DNA of 64,000 bases. Origin: a virus. Its lineage: Duplodnaviria; Caudoviricetes. The translations under genes and the position numbers were made by a program. The stretch spans positions 1-64,000 of IMG/VR virus record IMGVR_UViG_3300032274_000001; one strand, written 5' to 3'. Under the pieces are notes generated by a model, which made no database searches, had not been told where the DNA came from, and saw nothing but the letters and a program-made list of their open reading frames with translations. Shown here piece by piece: positions 1-10,780 of this stretch (position 1 is the first letter of the stretch; each line of letters starts with the position of its first letter).

Positions 1-25
1 GCCACCGGCCGATTTCGTTGGACCA

Positions 26-3000
26 GTGCAGCCGGGTCAGCAGGGGACGGACCTAGATCTGGGCGGGGCATTGGGGGGCATCGGGGCGGGCATTGCGTCT
101 GGCCGAGCGTTCGAGAAAAAGTTCAATAGCCGGTTTGATAGCGGGGATGGCGTGCGTCGGCTGACGACTACCGACATCAATCGCATTGCGCAGGACTCGC
201 TTCGCGAGGGGCTGAAGATCAAAAGCCAGATCGTTGGTGCGATCGGCGGAGCGGTTACGGGTGCGCTGACAGGAGGGGCCGGTGGGGCTATCGGAGGGTC
301 GATATTTGGGCTGGTGTCTTCGGGGCTATCGTCGGCGCTGCTGTCCCAGATCGACCTAGACACTCTGGAGAAGCGAAAAGTTGACATCAGTTTCGATCCC
401 CTATTGGGCGGGCTGATCAACCTGTTCGGTGGGGCTGGGGTGCTTGGTCTCCCGACTCGGGGGACCGCATTTCGTCGGGCGGCGGAAAAGGGCATCTTTG
501 ATGAATCCCAGTTCTTTGGCGAGGAAGATGGCCTGCAGTCGATTTTCGGGGACATCACCCGAGACAAGGGGGATGCGCTAGGGCTGAAAGTCCGGCGCAA
601 CTACGAGACGGGCTTACTCACGGCGTTTGAACGAGGGCTAGACCCTGAAGTCGGACGCACCATTGCCGGGGCTACTGCGGCGATTGTAGGGGAAGCGTTT
701 TCGGGATCGGAGCCCAAGGACGCCGGGCGTATTGCTGCCGATTCCGGGCAGATCATCGCGGAGTTTTTTTCGCGGGGCATCACAACGGGTCTAGATTCCG
801 GGGAAATTCTGAATGAGGCGCGGACTGCCCTAAAGGGGCTAGTAGGGGAACTCGGCCAGGGGCTCGACTTCTTCGATCTAGTTGGGAGTGCGCAGACGTT
901 TGGCCTGACGAATCTTCCGCAATCGCAAGAGCTGTTCGGGGGCATTGGTGCGCACGCGGAGACGATCTCGCCATTTCGAGCTGCGGCGGAGTCGATCACT
1001 GGGGTGATTCGCCTGTTCGAGGATGACTTTCCTCAAGGAACTCAGGTGGCGCTATCTGCGCTGCAATCGCTGGAAAACGAAGCGGGCGACGGTCCGTTTA
1101 GAACGCTAACGAGTTCCAGTGCGGATTTTCTTGTTGCGGCGAGTAGTGATTTCGAGACGCTGGTAGACCTACTTCAGCAGCAGCTAGGGGCTGGGCTTGA
1201 AATCAATGTGGAGCGCTTTGAGCGGCTTACTGAGGCCGCAAGCCAGTCGGCTCAAATCGTAAGTGGGGCACTGAGCGCGGCGTTGACGTCTGGTGCGCCA
1301 CAGTTGTCGATCGACACCCTGTTCGCCGGCATTGGTGAGCAGGTGAAGTCGCAGTTCAGTGCAGCCATCAAGGGCGCGCTGCTCGACCAGACGGCTATCG
1401 GTCAAGCCCTGACGCCCATCACGAAGGCCCTGCAGTCGCTGCCCAAGATCGACCTGCTCGACGTGGCGCAGCGGGACTTCTTCTCGGCTGCCCTGTCGCA
1501 GGGTATCGCGGAGGGCCGTGCGAACCTGGCCGACTACATCCCGCTGATCAAAGAGATGATCGCAGCGGGCGAGGAGTTCGAGGCACTCATTGACGAGGCG
1601 ACAGAGCCTAGCCGGGCGGAGCGGTTCGGCGCGGCGATCGAAGCCGCCTTGGCGTCGGCGTCGCAGAACTTCTCGGCATCGCTGAGCGAAGCCCTGTTCA
1701 ACGGGCTGCTGAATGGCAACGTGCTCAGCGCGGGTGAGTCGCTGAGCTCGCAGGTCGGCGACCTGGTCAAGACGAACCTCCTGAAGGGGATTGTCGAGGC
1801 GTTCGTAGCCGCGGCTGGCATTGATGCCTTGTTCGAGAAGTACGGGCCGCAGCTTCAGTTCGTGGTGCAGTCGGCGTTGTCCGGGGCTGCCTCGGACGAG
1901 CAGGTGCAGGCGCAGTTCAAGCGCATCGGTGAGGAGATGCAGGGCGACGCCGAGGGCGTCATCGACGTGCTGTTCACGGGGGCGCAGCAGCTCGCCCCGC
2001 TGTTCGACGCGCTGATCCCCGACGAGAAGACGCTGACCCTGAACGTCGAGGTAGAGGGCGACGGGGTGGGCGGAGGTACCCGTCCGCAGGTGGGAAACAT
2101 TCCGACAGACGGAGTGGGCAACGACCCGCGGATTCCCGAGAACTCTCCACTGCGGACGGACAGTCGAGCGCCGCAGAGTCGGACGCGACGAACGAACCCA
2201 TTCGAGGGCTTGGCATCTGTGGCCGGTCTCGGGTCGGCACAGTTCAATGACACTCGGCGGCCCTTGGCGTCGGGGCTACTCGTCCGCCCGGACGTGCTGA
2301 ACGAAGTGCTCCCGCCGAATCCGGTCCGGACGATCACGGACCCGCCACCGGCGACGCCCAGGGTGCCCACGGGGGTCAACGCCAACGACTTCCGCAACCG
2401 GGGTACCGACCCGAGCATTCAGCGCGGTGCGCCTCCTGGTGGGTTCGGGGGTGGCGGGTCTGGGGGGAGCGTCGATCCAGAAGACTTCCTGCTGCGGTTC
2501 TCGTTCGGCGGTGGGATCCTGGATTCCATCTTGGGGGCACTGGGTGAGGACGACTCGCTACAGTCGGTGATTCGTCAGCAGACCGGGCAGGGGATCCTGC
2601 AGGGCATGGTCGATACGTTCCTGTCGGGCCCGTTGGTCGAAGAGATCATGGCCCCGCTCCAGGAGGCGTTCTTCCGGGCCGCCGACGACGGACTGATCTC
2701 GACCGCAGAGGGCGAGGCGCTGACCAAGCTGGGCGAAGAGGCGTCGAGTCAACTCGCTGATGCTGCCCTGTTCATGTCTGGCCCGATGCAGGCCGTCGCT
2801 GAGACGTTCGGCCTGGGCGTCCAGAAAGAGGTCGAGAAGGCCGCTGACGTGCTCTCCGGTGGGTTTGGGTCTGCGCTACGGTCGGTGCTCGTGGATGGCG
2901 GAGAGGCCGACCAGGCGTTCCAGAGGGCCATCTTCGACGCGACCATCGGGGGCATGATCGAAGCCTTCCTTGCTGGCGAATTGATGCAGCCGGCGCTCGA

Positions 3001-3598
3001 CCAGTTCAACAAGCTGATCGCCGAGGGCCACCACAAGGCAGCGGTCACGGGCTTCAAGGCATTCCTTGAGTCGCAGGAATTCCAAGACGGCATGGACGCC
3101 ATCAGCCAGGCCACCGACGACTTGAGGGAGATCCTTCCGCTTGCGGCCAGCGTGGCCCAGGAGACGGCGGCGACGTCCAGGCAGACGGTCGAGGCAGCGA
3201 CGCAACTGGAGGAGGCGCGCCAGGAGCAAGAGGTCGAATTCGTCGAGCACCGCAACGCGCTCGGCGCCGGGGTCGTCACGCCGTTCGGACGGGTCAACCA
3301 GTTCCAGTCTCGGAACTTCGTGCCGCAGCTGGCCACGGGAGGATTCGTCACCAGCGATGGGCTTGCATTCCTGCATGCGGGAGAGACGGTGGTGCCGGGC
3401 GGGGCCGGAGACAGTCGCATTGACGGGCTGGTGGCGGAGAACCGGGAGATGCGTGCGGCAATGGTGGACCTGGCCCAGGCGATTCGTGACCGGCCGATGG
3501 TGCTGGAGGTAGAGCAGCGGGTGCTTGCCGAGGCGACCATCGCGGGCATCGAGGAGCAGGGCTTGGGCGAGCGTCGGCTATTCGTGAGGAGTCGCTAG
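26..3598 (+). CDS. Tail tape measure protein (5'-truncated; frame stays open to the window start)
   Basis: Gly/Ala-rich helical repeats, Gly-zipper hydrophobic segments, C-terminal LATGG..G.AFLHAGETVVP motif typical of tape measures; precedes tail genes. Confidence 0.8.
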   Translation: MQPGQQGTDLDLGGALGGIGAGIASGRAFEKKFNSRFDSGDGVRRLTTTDINRIAQDSLREGLKIKSQIVGAIGGAVTGALTGGAGGAIGGSIFGLVSSGLSSALLSQIDLDTLEKRKVDISFDPLLGGLINLFGGAGVLGLPTRGTAFRRAAEKGIFDESQFFGEEDGLQSIFGDITRDKGDALGLKVRRNYETGLLTAFERGLDPEVGRTIAGATAAIVGEAFSGSEPKDAGRIAADSGQIIAEFFSRGITTGLDSGEILNEARTALKGLVGELGQGLDFFDLVGSAQTFGLTNLPQSQELFGGIGAHAETISPFRAAAESITGVIRLFEDDFPQGTQVALSALQSLENEAGDGPFRTLTSSSADFLVAASSDFETLVDLLQQQLGAGLEINVERFERLTEAASQSAQIVSGALSAALTSGAPQLSIDTLFAGIGEQVKSQFSAAIKGALLDQTAIGQALTPITKALQSLPKIDLLDVAQRDFFSAALSQGIAEGRANLADYIPLIKEMIAAGEEFEALIDEATEPSRAERFGAAIEAALASASQNFSASLSEALFNGLLNGNVLSAGESLSSQVGDLVKTNLLKGIVEAFVAAAGIDALFEKYGPQLQFVVQSALSGAASDEQVQAQFKRIGEEMQGDAEGVIDVLFTGAQQLAPLFDALIPDEKTLTLNVEVEGDGVGGGTRPQVGNIPTDGVGNDPRIPENSPLRTDSRAPQSRTRRTNPFEGLASVAGLGSAQFNDTRRPLASGLLVRPDVLNEVLPPNPVRTITDPPPATPRVPTGVNANDFRNRGTDPSIQRGAPPGGFGGGGSGGSVDPEDFLLRFSFGGGILDSILGALGEDDSLQSVIRQQTGQGILQGMVDTFLSGPLVEEIMAPLQEAFFRAADDGLISTAEGEALTKLGEEASSQLADAALFMSGPMQAVAETFGLGVQKEVEKAADVLSGGFGSALRSVLVDGGEADQAFQRAIFDATIGGMIEAFLAGELMQPALDQFNKLIAEGHHKAAVTGFKAFLESQEFQDGMDAISQATDDLREILPLAASVAQETAATSRQTVEAATQLEEARQEQEVEFVEHRNALGAGVVTPFGRVNQFQSRNFVPQLATGGFVTSDGLAFLHAGETVVPGGAGDSRIDGLVAENREMRAAMVDLAQAIRDRPMVLEVEQRVLAEATIAGIEEQGLGERRLFVRSR

Positions 3599-3599
3599 G

Positions 3600-4454
3600 A
3601 TGTCGGAGACGAACCCCACCCGAGGCATCATCTCGCTGGAGAACTGGGTCACGGACCGTGCCTCGGCCATCCTGTCGGTGACGTCGGCGAAGAATCTGTT
3701 TCCGAAGGGCAACCTGCGCAACGCTCACCGGTCGCAGGTGTGGCGGTCGACGAGTGCCACGGTGGCGCAAGAGATCGACATCCAACTCGACCAGGCCAGG
3801 CTCCCTACGGTGTTCGGGCTGGTCAACTGCAATCTCGACGTCTCACAGTCCGTGACCCTGACGCAGGCTTCGGACTCGGGGTTCACCGGTAGCGTGGCGA
3901 CCTGGACGCTGACGACCCCCACGGTGGCGCAGACGAACCGCCGGACGCTGCGTTGGTACTTGGGTGCGGCTGACACCGGCACGGCAGCGGCGCGCCAGTT
4001 CTGGCGCATCACACTCCCGGCCAACGGGTCGAAGGACAGCGACGGCGACGGCACCGACGACGCATACCTCGAGCTCGGCGTGCCCTACCTGGGGGAGTGG
4101 TCCGAGTTGAGTCTGCAGCCGGGGCTAGATCGGCGGATCATCGACCCGTCGATTGTCGTCGAGGGCGATGGTGGCGCGAAGTTCGCCGACGTCCGGACCA
4201 CCTACCACGAGGTCTCGGCCCAGTCGCGAGCCATGACGGCAGCCAACGCGCTTGCCATGATGGCGGACATGGACCAAGCGGGGATAGTACGGCACTTGAT
4301 GCTGGACATCTGGGCCAAGACCACCGACGACGCAGAGCGCGTGAACGGCACCTACTACGGGACGCTGGGCCGGCGCGGGGACGTGGCGCGGTTCCAGAGG
4401 GCCATCGAGTTGAGGGACAATCTGGCATTCTCGTTCGTAGAGGCGAGGGCGTAG
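3600..4454 (+). CDS. Minor/distal tail protein
   Basis: Directly after TMP; FPKGNLRNAHRSQVWRS / FGLVNCNL pattern resembles phage tail beta-sandwich proteins. Confidence 0.6.
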   Translation: MSETNPTRGIISLENWVTDRASAILSVTSAKNLFPKGNLRNAHRSQVWRSTSATVAQEIDIQLDQARLPTVFGLVNCNLDVSQSVTLTQASDSGFTGSVATWTLTTPTVAQTNRRTLRWYLGAADTGTAAARQFWRITLPANGSKDSDGDGTDDAYLELGVPYLGEWSELSLQPGLDRRIIDPSIVVEGDGGAKFADVRTTYHEVSAQSRAMTAANALAMMADMDQAGIVRHLMLDIWAKTTDDAERVNGTYYGTLGRRGDVARFQRAIELRDNLAFSFVEARA

Positions 4455-4458
4455 GCGG

Positions 4459-7400
4459 GTGGCGGTCGAGGCGTTTGGCGTCTCGCGGTTCAACTTCTTC
4501 TACGCCGCCCGAGACAACGAGGACATCGAGTACACCGCGCTCGGCTCTACGCTGTCGTCGGCGTTCACTGTCCCGGAGAAACGAGGCACGGCGACGCTGG
4601 TGTCCACGGCGGGGCTCCAGACCGGCGACATCATCCGGATCAAGGATGCCACCTACGACACCTACTGGGTGGTGGAGAAGGTCGTCAGCGGTACGCAGGT
4701 GGTCGTCAGGGCATTTCCTGGGCAGACGGTAGGGACGCAGCCGTGGCCGTGGGGCTCGGAGATCGGCACGGCGGGGAGCTCGGCATCGAACAAGGACGTG
4801 ACGCCGCAGCAGCCCATGTGGCTGTACATCGACCTGACGGAAGCCCCCGAGGGGGAGACATACGACTACCTGGTCTACGGGGCTGCGTCGGTGTCGTGCG
4901 ATACGGCCAACGAGGCATTCTACGTCGACTGCCGGGCAGCGGTCCCGGGCCCGGAGTCGTCGCCGTATGCGTCGAGCCTGACGAGCCCGACCCACGTCCG
5001 TCACCGTGCCGAGTACGAGTGCTTCAATGCCGACTTCGAGGACTGGTACCCGTGGAACACGGCATTCACCGTCACGCTCGAGGCGGGCAAGCGCTACGGC
5101 TTTGCTGTTGAGGTTGACCTGGAGGGCATCACCAACGGCACGAAGGTTCGGCTCCGGTCGCCACGGCTGGGTGCGATGCGGATTGACAAGGCTCACTCGC
5201 TATTCGTCGAGGCAGGCAGTGGGGCCTTGGATGCGAACGTGTTCACGACGACGAATACGTCGCTGCAGGATGCGCTGACGGCGAGTGTCCCCGACCCGGG
5301 CTCGGCCACGGATTTCCTACTGGTCGGCTGCGCCTTGATTGGGAACACGGATGGCACGTCTGCGAACCGTGAGGTGCTGATCAAGTTCGACCAGCTGGGC
5401 CACGACTTCGAGGCAATGATTGCCGGGGCGCAGACGAACGCGCACCCCACCTGGGCAAGCATCGGGGTGGTGTCGCTGGCTGCGGCTACGGGCTTCAAGC
5501 TGCAGATCGCTGCCAAGTCGGCAGGCACGGCCCGGACGGAATCGCCGTACTTGGCAGCCATTCCATTCGCGGCCATCTACGGGCACGCCGCCCACCAGAG
5601 CGCCGACGACACGGGAGATGCGACGGCGTCTACGACGGAGTGGGTGAGCATCGATAGCGAATCGCTGACCCCGGACGAGGCTGGCTTGCACACTGCTTTC
5701 GTGGCCGCGGACCTGCGCCACAACGGGACCACGGACCAGACCGCGTATGCAAGGCCCCGGTTCCCCACGGACCCCGTAGCGGTCCACGACGGACGCGCCG
5801 CGCCCCGAGGGCTGGTCGGCTACAACAAGAACAACGCCATCGCGAGCGCGCACCAGCTCTGCTTCTGGTTCCACCGTGCGCACCTGGATGCGGTGGCGCA
5901 GGCGTTCAAGATCGAGGGCCGAAAGCGGGACGGGTCCACGGGTGGCGTGCAGGTAGGCGACAAGTTCTACGCGACGGCGATTCGGGAGCGGGGCCAGTTC
6001 GAGCCACGGCGTGGCGACAAGTCGTCGGTGGTGGTCGAGGTTGAGATAGGCCAGACCTACGACAACTGGGACAACCCGTCGGGGGTCCAGTATTCGCGGA
6101 CCATGGAGGAGGGGACGAAGCTCGTCAACGCGGTATCCACCAACACCAACGGCTACACGAAGGTCGCCACCACCGGGGCCCTGACCACCGATACGTTCCA
6201 CTACGACGTGGCGACTCGGTTGCTGACCATCGAGATGGACTCCGGGGAGAGCCCGGCGAATGCCGATACGCACGTGCTGGTGCGACGGTTGGCGCTGGTG
6301 TCCCGAGATGGGCAGGTGCTCACGGATGGCGACGGCGAGGACTTGCCCTACGACGCTGGCCTCAAGCGGCACCCGCGACTGAGCCGAACCCTGCAGGTCA
6401 GGGATGGGGCGATCGAGGTGGCTAGTTCCTTCGGTACACTGGAGCTCCAGAACGCGGAGGGCACGTGGGACGAGCCGTTCGCGCACGAGATCCTGGAGTC
6501 GATGCGGGTGACGGTCCTGCGGGGGTACCCGGAGCACTCGTCGCTGAGGGCGGATCAAGAGGTGATCAACCACGGCATCGTGTCGGTGCCGGACTGGTCG
6601 CAGACGCTTCTTCGGGGCCGGGTCTACGATGCGTCTCGGCGGCTCAAGTGGCCGGTGGCCAAGACGTTCGTCCAGGTCTACCAGGGCACGACGCAGACGG
6701 GCTCTGCGGGGGGCTCGGACGGGCAGTTGATGCCGGTGATCTACGGGGCTGTGTTTCGGGTGCCCGCGTGGCGGACGACCAACGAGACGGGCGACTCGTC
6801 GGTGAACGACTACCAGTTCGCCGCCCACGCCTGTCACAAGATCGTTGCCGTCTACGAGGACGGGCAGACCCAAGACACCATGACGGTGTCCACGGACAAG
6901 AAATCCACGGGCAAGGTCGAGATCAACAACGACCAATTCGCCAGCCACGCCAGCCCCGACCCGGCCCCGGACGTGATCTACGTCGATGTCGTCGGGTACG
7001 AGGAGACGGTAGAGAGCGCGACGGGCGTCCCCATCGAGACCATCGGGAGGATCTCCCGCCACCTCCTGACCACGTTTGCCGGGTACCTAGAGGGTGCGTT
7101 GGACGACGATGCGCACCGCCGTATAGACCTGATCCGCAGGCGCATCGATAGCCTGCTCGACCCGCTAGAGCGGGCGCCATCGGTGGCGCTGTACGTGAGT
7201 GACTCCCGTAGTGTCGCTGAGTGCCTCTCTCAGCTGTCCGTCTCCGGGTGGGGGTTCTGGTATGAGTCGCGGGCCGGGCGGCTCTCTTGGGGCGCCCTGG
7301 AGCCCGAGGCGCAGGCAATCACGCGCAACGGGGGCCTGGAGTTCGATTCGGCAGAGGCATGGCCCTGGGAGGCAGCCGGGGCGGGCACGCTGGCGCTCAA

Positions 7401-10400
7401 TTCCACGACACGGTTCGAGGGCGTGCGGTCGCTGAAGGTGGACTCGAACGGCTGGGGCTGGGCGCGCCAGGTGGTGGGCTTCCGCCATCCGGGGAAGTGG
7501 GTCGTCACGGGGTTGGTCGCGTTGGAGTCGGGCGGTGCAAACGGCTTCCGGCTGGGGTTCGTCCGGCCCGGCGATGGCTTGACCATCGAGTACAGCGACC
7601 CGTTTGCGGTGAACGACTCGCAGTGGACACGGGCGAACCTACTCACTGACCTGTGCCCAGGAGAGTCTGGCACCGGGCAAGTTGTCGTGGAGCCCTACTA
7701 CCCCGAGGGGCAGAGCCCGCAGTTGCCGCAGGCGTTGCAGGCAGCGCTGCAGATGTGGCTCAGGGCGGACCAGATGGTTGCCAACGGGGATGCCACCTCG
7801 GATGGCGATGCCGTGACGACGTGGACCAACGACGGGCTGGTGTCCGGCCAGGACCCCACGCAGGGCATCACAAACGAGAAGCCCGTCTACAGGGCCGACG
7901 CTTGGAGGGGTCACCCGGGCGTGCTCTTCGATGGCGTCGATGACGTGCTGGCATCCACGTACGACACGTCGAAGCCGTACTCGATATTCGTGGTGTGCCT
8001 GGCCAAGGACGACGCGGCAGAGCGGGACTGGGCGACCACCGACATGGGAGTCGTGGGCCCCTCGGCGTCGGACGACAACGTCGTGCTGGGGGTGCGCTCG
8101 GGGGACTACGGCGCGAGAGCGGAGCCGACGAGTCCGGAGCTCACCGACAGTACGGCAGTCACCTCGGGGCGTCCGGTGTTGCTTCGGCTGAGCGTAAAGA
8201 CCGGGGAGAGCCGCTACCAGCTCAACGACGGCACCGAGCAGACCAACACCAGCGATCCCGACCTGACCAACCTGGCCATCGGGGGCAACGCCACGGCGGG
8301 CTTCTGGAAGGGCTACGTGTTCGAGGTTCTGGTCTACGAAACGGAGCTATCCGGGACGGACGTCGACGACATCCAGAACTACTTGCGTGCCAAGTGGGGC
8401 ATCGACGAAGCGGTGGTGAATGTCGACAACCTGCTGTGTGTGCCCGTGGGTGCGGCGGTGGAGCTCGAGGGCCCGCCGGACGGCACGGCCCCATTCCACG
8501 ACCTGCGCATCGGCAAGGTGGCGGTGAAGCAGGACACGTTCTTCGAGACGCGAGTCCCCTACAACCCGAACCAGCAAGCCGGCGAGCGGACGAGCTCCGA
8601 GGCGGTGACGGACTCGCAGGCGTTCGGGTTGGAATCGACCTACAACCCCGACAGCTCACAGGCGCGGTCGACGATTGCCACGTCGAAGCGGCTGGACCTG
8701 GGCGACCAGGGTGCCCTGATCGGAAACGAGGTGGCGAGCGAGGCAGCCGACTCCGCCAGGGGAGTCGCGGCCAAGGTGTCGCGATGGTTCGGTCGCGTGC
8801 GCAGGGAGTTGCAAGGGACGCTGGTCGACTCCGCCCGGCTGCCCCAGGTGGGTCAGATTCTCTACACCCCACGCGGGAAGCGGTTGCCGCTGTCGTCGAC
8901 GTACTTCCCGTTCTGGGTCATGACGAAGGTGGAGGACGAGCCCAACTCGCAGGAGGTGGAGGTTGCGGCCGAGTACGAGGTCGACCTTCTGGGCGACCGG
9001 CAGGAGGTGAACCCTACCAACTTCCCCTTCGGTGGGATCGGCGTGGCACTCACCGATGCGGCTATCGCGGGCTGGGCGGTGGTCACCGACATGGGCGGCA
9101 AGTACGCCCTGGGGGCGCAGACGGCTGACCTGGAAAGCGAGCTGGGCAGCCCGGTGCACACCCACCAGCACAGCCACAACCACACCCTGGCGGCGCACAC
9201 GCACACCGTGCCGGCGCCCACGATAGGCATCCCGACCGCGACGCAGAAGAGTGCCGACGTCAGTGGCGCTGCGCGAATCACCCGGGCGGCCAACTCGCAT
9301 ACGCATGCAACGCCCGCCGGGACGACGTCAGGGGCGGTGGAGAGCGCGACGGTGGAGTCGCAGGTGCTGGTTACCAGCCCGGGCCCGAACGACCCGCCGA
9401 CCAAGTACGTGAGCTTCCGCAAGCGGGTTCAGGCGTCGGCGACCATCCCGACGAATATCTGTATCGGGTACCCGAGTGCTACGGTGCCCAGCGGTTGGAC
9501 TCGAGAGACGAGTTTGGACGGGTGGTGGATCCGCGGGTCTGTGCCGGGCCGGGATGGGACAGCGACGGCGCCCACCTCCAGCTATGTGCCGAACGACTCC
9601 GGATCGACGCTCAACTTGGTGGACGGGTCGAAGGTGGGTCTGGGTACGCGGCTCGTCATCACAGAGGGCTCGAACACGATCACGGTGGTGGTCACGGCGG
9701 TGATCGATGCGGATTCGTTCACGGTGAAGCCGGTGTGGGTGGTCGGGGACGACGACGCCACTTACACCACCGGGGCTACGGTCACGCCGGCCGCAGAGGA
9801 GGCGGGCGATACGCTGGCGCAGCTCTCCCACGACCACAAGGCAGCGCTTCCCGGGCACACGCACGACCTGGCGCACGCGCATGCCATCTCGGCTGGGGTT
9901 GCCGTAGGGGCCTCGAGCGGGACCGTAGACGTGACGGGCAACTCCGGGTCTCTCAAGGGTGCTGCGGCGGATGCGCATGTGCACGAGTATTACTCGACGC
10001 TGGCCTCGGCGACCCCGACCAGTCCGTCGGCGGCAGGGACGATTGCCGCGTCGGCGACGAACCCTGCGCCGTACTCGGAGATGGTTTTCATCAAGCCGTC
10101 AGGGTCGGAGACGGACGTGCCCAGCGACGGGATGATCTTTTGGCAGGGTGCGGCCGAGGATGTCCCAAGCGAGTGGACTGTGCTCGGGACCGTAGACGGC
10201 TTGCTGGTCAAGGGTGCGGAGACGGGATTGGGGCCTGTGTCGTCCGGGGGTGGGCACTCGCATGTCGCGACGCCGGCCGCGCATGGGGCGGCTGCGCATA
10301 CGCACACTGCGGTGTTCTCCAACGATGCCGTCGCTGGGTTGGACGTCTTGCCCGCAGCGGCAATCGACTACGCGACGGCGGTACCCGAGTCGGGTGTCGG

Positions 10401-10542
10401 CGGTGGGAGCCACCAGCACAATATGGCCAACGGTCCGAGCGACTCTGCGAATGCGACGTTGGACGCGGCATCCGGGACGGCGACGGATGTGTCGGCGGGG
10501 CTACCCCTGCACGGCAAGCTACTCGTCATCCAGCGGAGCTAG
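4459..10542 (+). CDS. Large tail hub/fibre protein (2027 aa) with CBM-like, LamG-like and three collar/HxH modules
   Basis: NGGLE...EGVRSLKVD (CBM-like); WLRAD..W..DG..Q....P.....GVLFDGVDD (LamG-like); repeated P.GW..DG collar-like motifs and many HxH motifs. Confidence 0.8.
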   Translation: MAVEAFGVSRFNFFYAARDNEDIEYTALGSTLSSAFTVPEKRGTATLVSTAGLQTGDIIRIKDATYDTYWVVEKVVSGTQVVVRAFPGQTVGTQPWPWGSEIGTAGSSASNKDVTPQQPMWLYIDLTEAPEGETYDYLVYGAASVSCDTANEAFYVDCRAAVPGPESSPYASSLTSPTHVRHRAEYECFNADFEDWYPWNTAFTVTLEAGKRYGFAVEVDLEGITNGTKVRLRSPRLGAMRIDKAHSLFVEAGSGALDANVFTTTNTSLQDALTASVPDPGSATDFLLVGCALIGNTDGTSANREVLIKFDQLGHDFEAMIAGAQTNAHPTWASIGVVSLAAATGFKLQIAAKSAGTARTESPYLAAIPFAAIYGHAAHQSADDTGDATASTTEWVSIDSESLTPDEAGLHTAFVAADLRHNGTTDQTAYARPRFPTDPVAVHDGRAAPRGLVGYNKNNAIASAHQLCFWFHRAHLDAVAQAFKIEGRKRDGSTGGVQVGDKFYATAIRERGQFEPRRGDKSSVVVEVEIGQTYDNWDNPSGVQYSRTMEEGTKLVNAVSTNTNGYTKVATTGALTTDTFHYDVATRLLTIEMDSGESPANADTHVLVRRLALVSRDGQVLTDGDGEDLPYDAGLKRHPRLSRTLQVRDGAIEVASSFGTLELQNAEGTWDEPFAHEILESMRVTVLRGYPEHSSLRADQEVINHGIVSVPDWSQTLLRGRVYDASRRLKWPVAKTFVQVYQGTTQTGSAGGSDGQLMPVIYGAVFRVPAWRTTNETGDSSVNDYQFAAHACHKIVAVYEDGQTQDTMTVSTDKKSTGKVEINNDQFASHASPDPAPDVIYVDVVGYEETVESATGVPIETIGRISRHLLTTFAGYLEGALDDDAHRRIDLIRRRIDSLLDPLERAPSVALYVSDSRSVAECLSQLSVSGWGFWYESRAGRLSWGALEPEAQAITRNGGLEFDSAEAWPWEAAGAGTLALNSTTRFEGVRSLKVDSNGWGWARQVVGFRHPGKWVVTGLVALESGGANGFRLGFVRPGDGLTIEYSDPFAVNDSQWTRANLLTDLCPGESGTGQVVVEPYYPEGQSPQLPQALQAALQMWLRADQMVANGDATSDGDAVTTWTNDGLVSGQDPTQGITNEKPVYRADAWRGHPGVLFDGVDDVLASTYDTSKPYSIFVVCLAKDDAAERDWATTDMGVVGPSASDDNVVLGVRSGDYGARAEPTSPELTDSTAVTSGRPVLLRLSVKTGESRYQLNDGTEQTNTSDPDLTNLAIGGNATAGFWKGYVFEVLVYETELSGTDVDDIQNYLRAKWGIDEAVVNVDNLLCVPVGAAVELEGPPDGTAPFHDLRIGKVAVKQDTFFETRVPYNPNQQAGERTSSEAVTDSQAFGLESTYNPDSSQARSTIATSKRLDLGDQGALIGNEVASEAADSARGVAAKVSRWFGRVRRELQGTLVDSARLPQVGQILYTPRGKRLPLSSTYFPFWVMTKVEDEPNSQEVEVAAEYEVDLLGDRQEVNPTNFPFGGIGVALTDAAIAGWAVVTDMGGKYALGAQTADLESELGSPVHTHQHSHNHTLAAHTHTVPAPTIGIPTATQKSADVSGAARITRAANSHTHATPAGTTSGAVESATVESQVLVTSPGPNDPPTKYVSFRKRVQASATIPTNICIGYPSATVPSGWTRETSLDGWWIRGSVPGRDGTATAPTSSYVPNDSGSTLNLVDGSKVGLGTRLVITEGSNTITVVVTAVIDADSFTVKPVWVVGDDDATYTTGATVTPAAEEAGDTLAQLSHDHKAALPGHTHDLAHAHAISAGVAVGASSGTVDVTGNSGSLKGAAADAHVHEYYSTLASATPTSPSAAGTIAASATNPAPYSEMVFIKPSGSETDVPSDGMIFWQGAAEDVPSEWTVLGTVDGLLVKGAETGLGPVSSGGGHSHVATPAAHGAAAHTHTAVFSNDAVAGLDVLPAAAIDYATAVPESGVGGGSHQHNMANGPSDSANATLDAASGTATDVSAGLPLHGKLLVIQRS

Positions 10543-10780
10543 GCGTCACTCTCCCGTGAGGCATCTCTTTGAGGCGGATGTTATCGCGCCATGGCCAGAC
10601 CAGATCGGCGACTCGGTCGGCGGACGTTGTGAGTGTTAGTCCTGGCCCGTTCCGGAACAGGACCTGGCACCCGGAAGACCAGCTGTGCGAGGGGCCGACG
10701 CGCACGGGACGAATGCCGACGATGAAATCCCGCTCTACCGTGGTTCCGTCTGGCAGTTCGATCAGGTCGGGTTCGCTCAT
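10526..10780 (-). CDS. Hypothetical protein
   Basis: End of a chain of 4-nt-overlap-coupled minus-strand ORFs. Confidence 0.5.
   Translation of the reverse strand: MSEPDLIELPDGTTVERDFIVGIRPVRVGPSHSWSSGCQVLFRNGPGLTLTTSADRVADLVWPWRDNIRLKEMPHGRVTPSSAG

Noticed and set aside
5317-7062. Long antisense ORF (also 27372-29105, 47757-48575, 49646-51178, 50856-52049)
   Set aside because: Shadow ORFs opposite well-supported genes in high-GC DNA; Arg/Gly/His-rich with no motifs
7995-10559. Same-strand alternative-frame ORFs inside the tail gene
   Set aside because: Low-complexity translations typical of GC3 bias; unlike the MTase nested frame, they carry no recognisable motif
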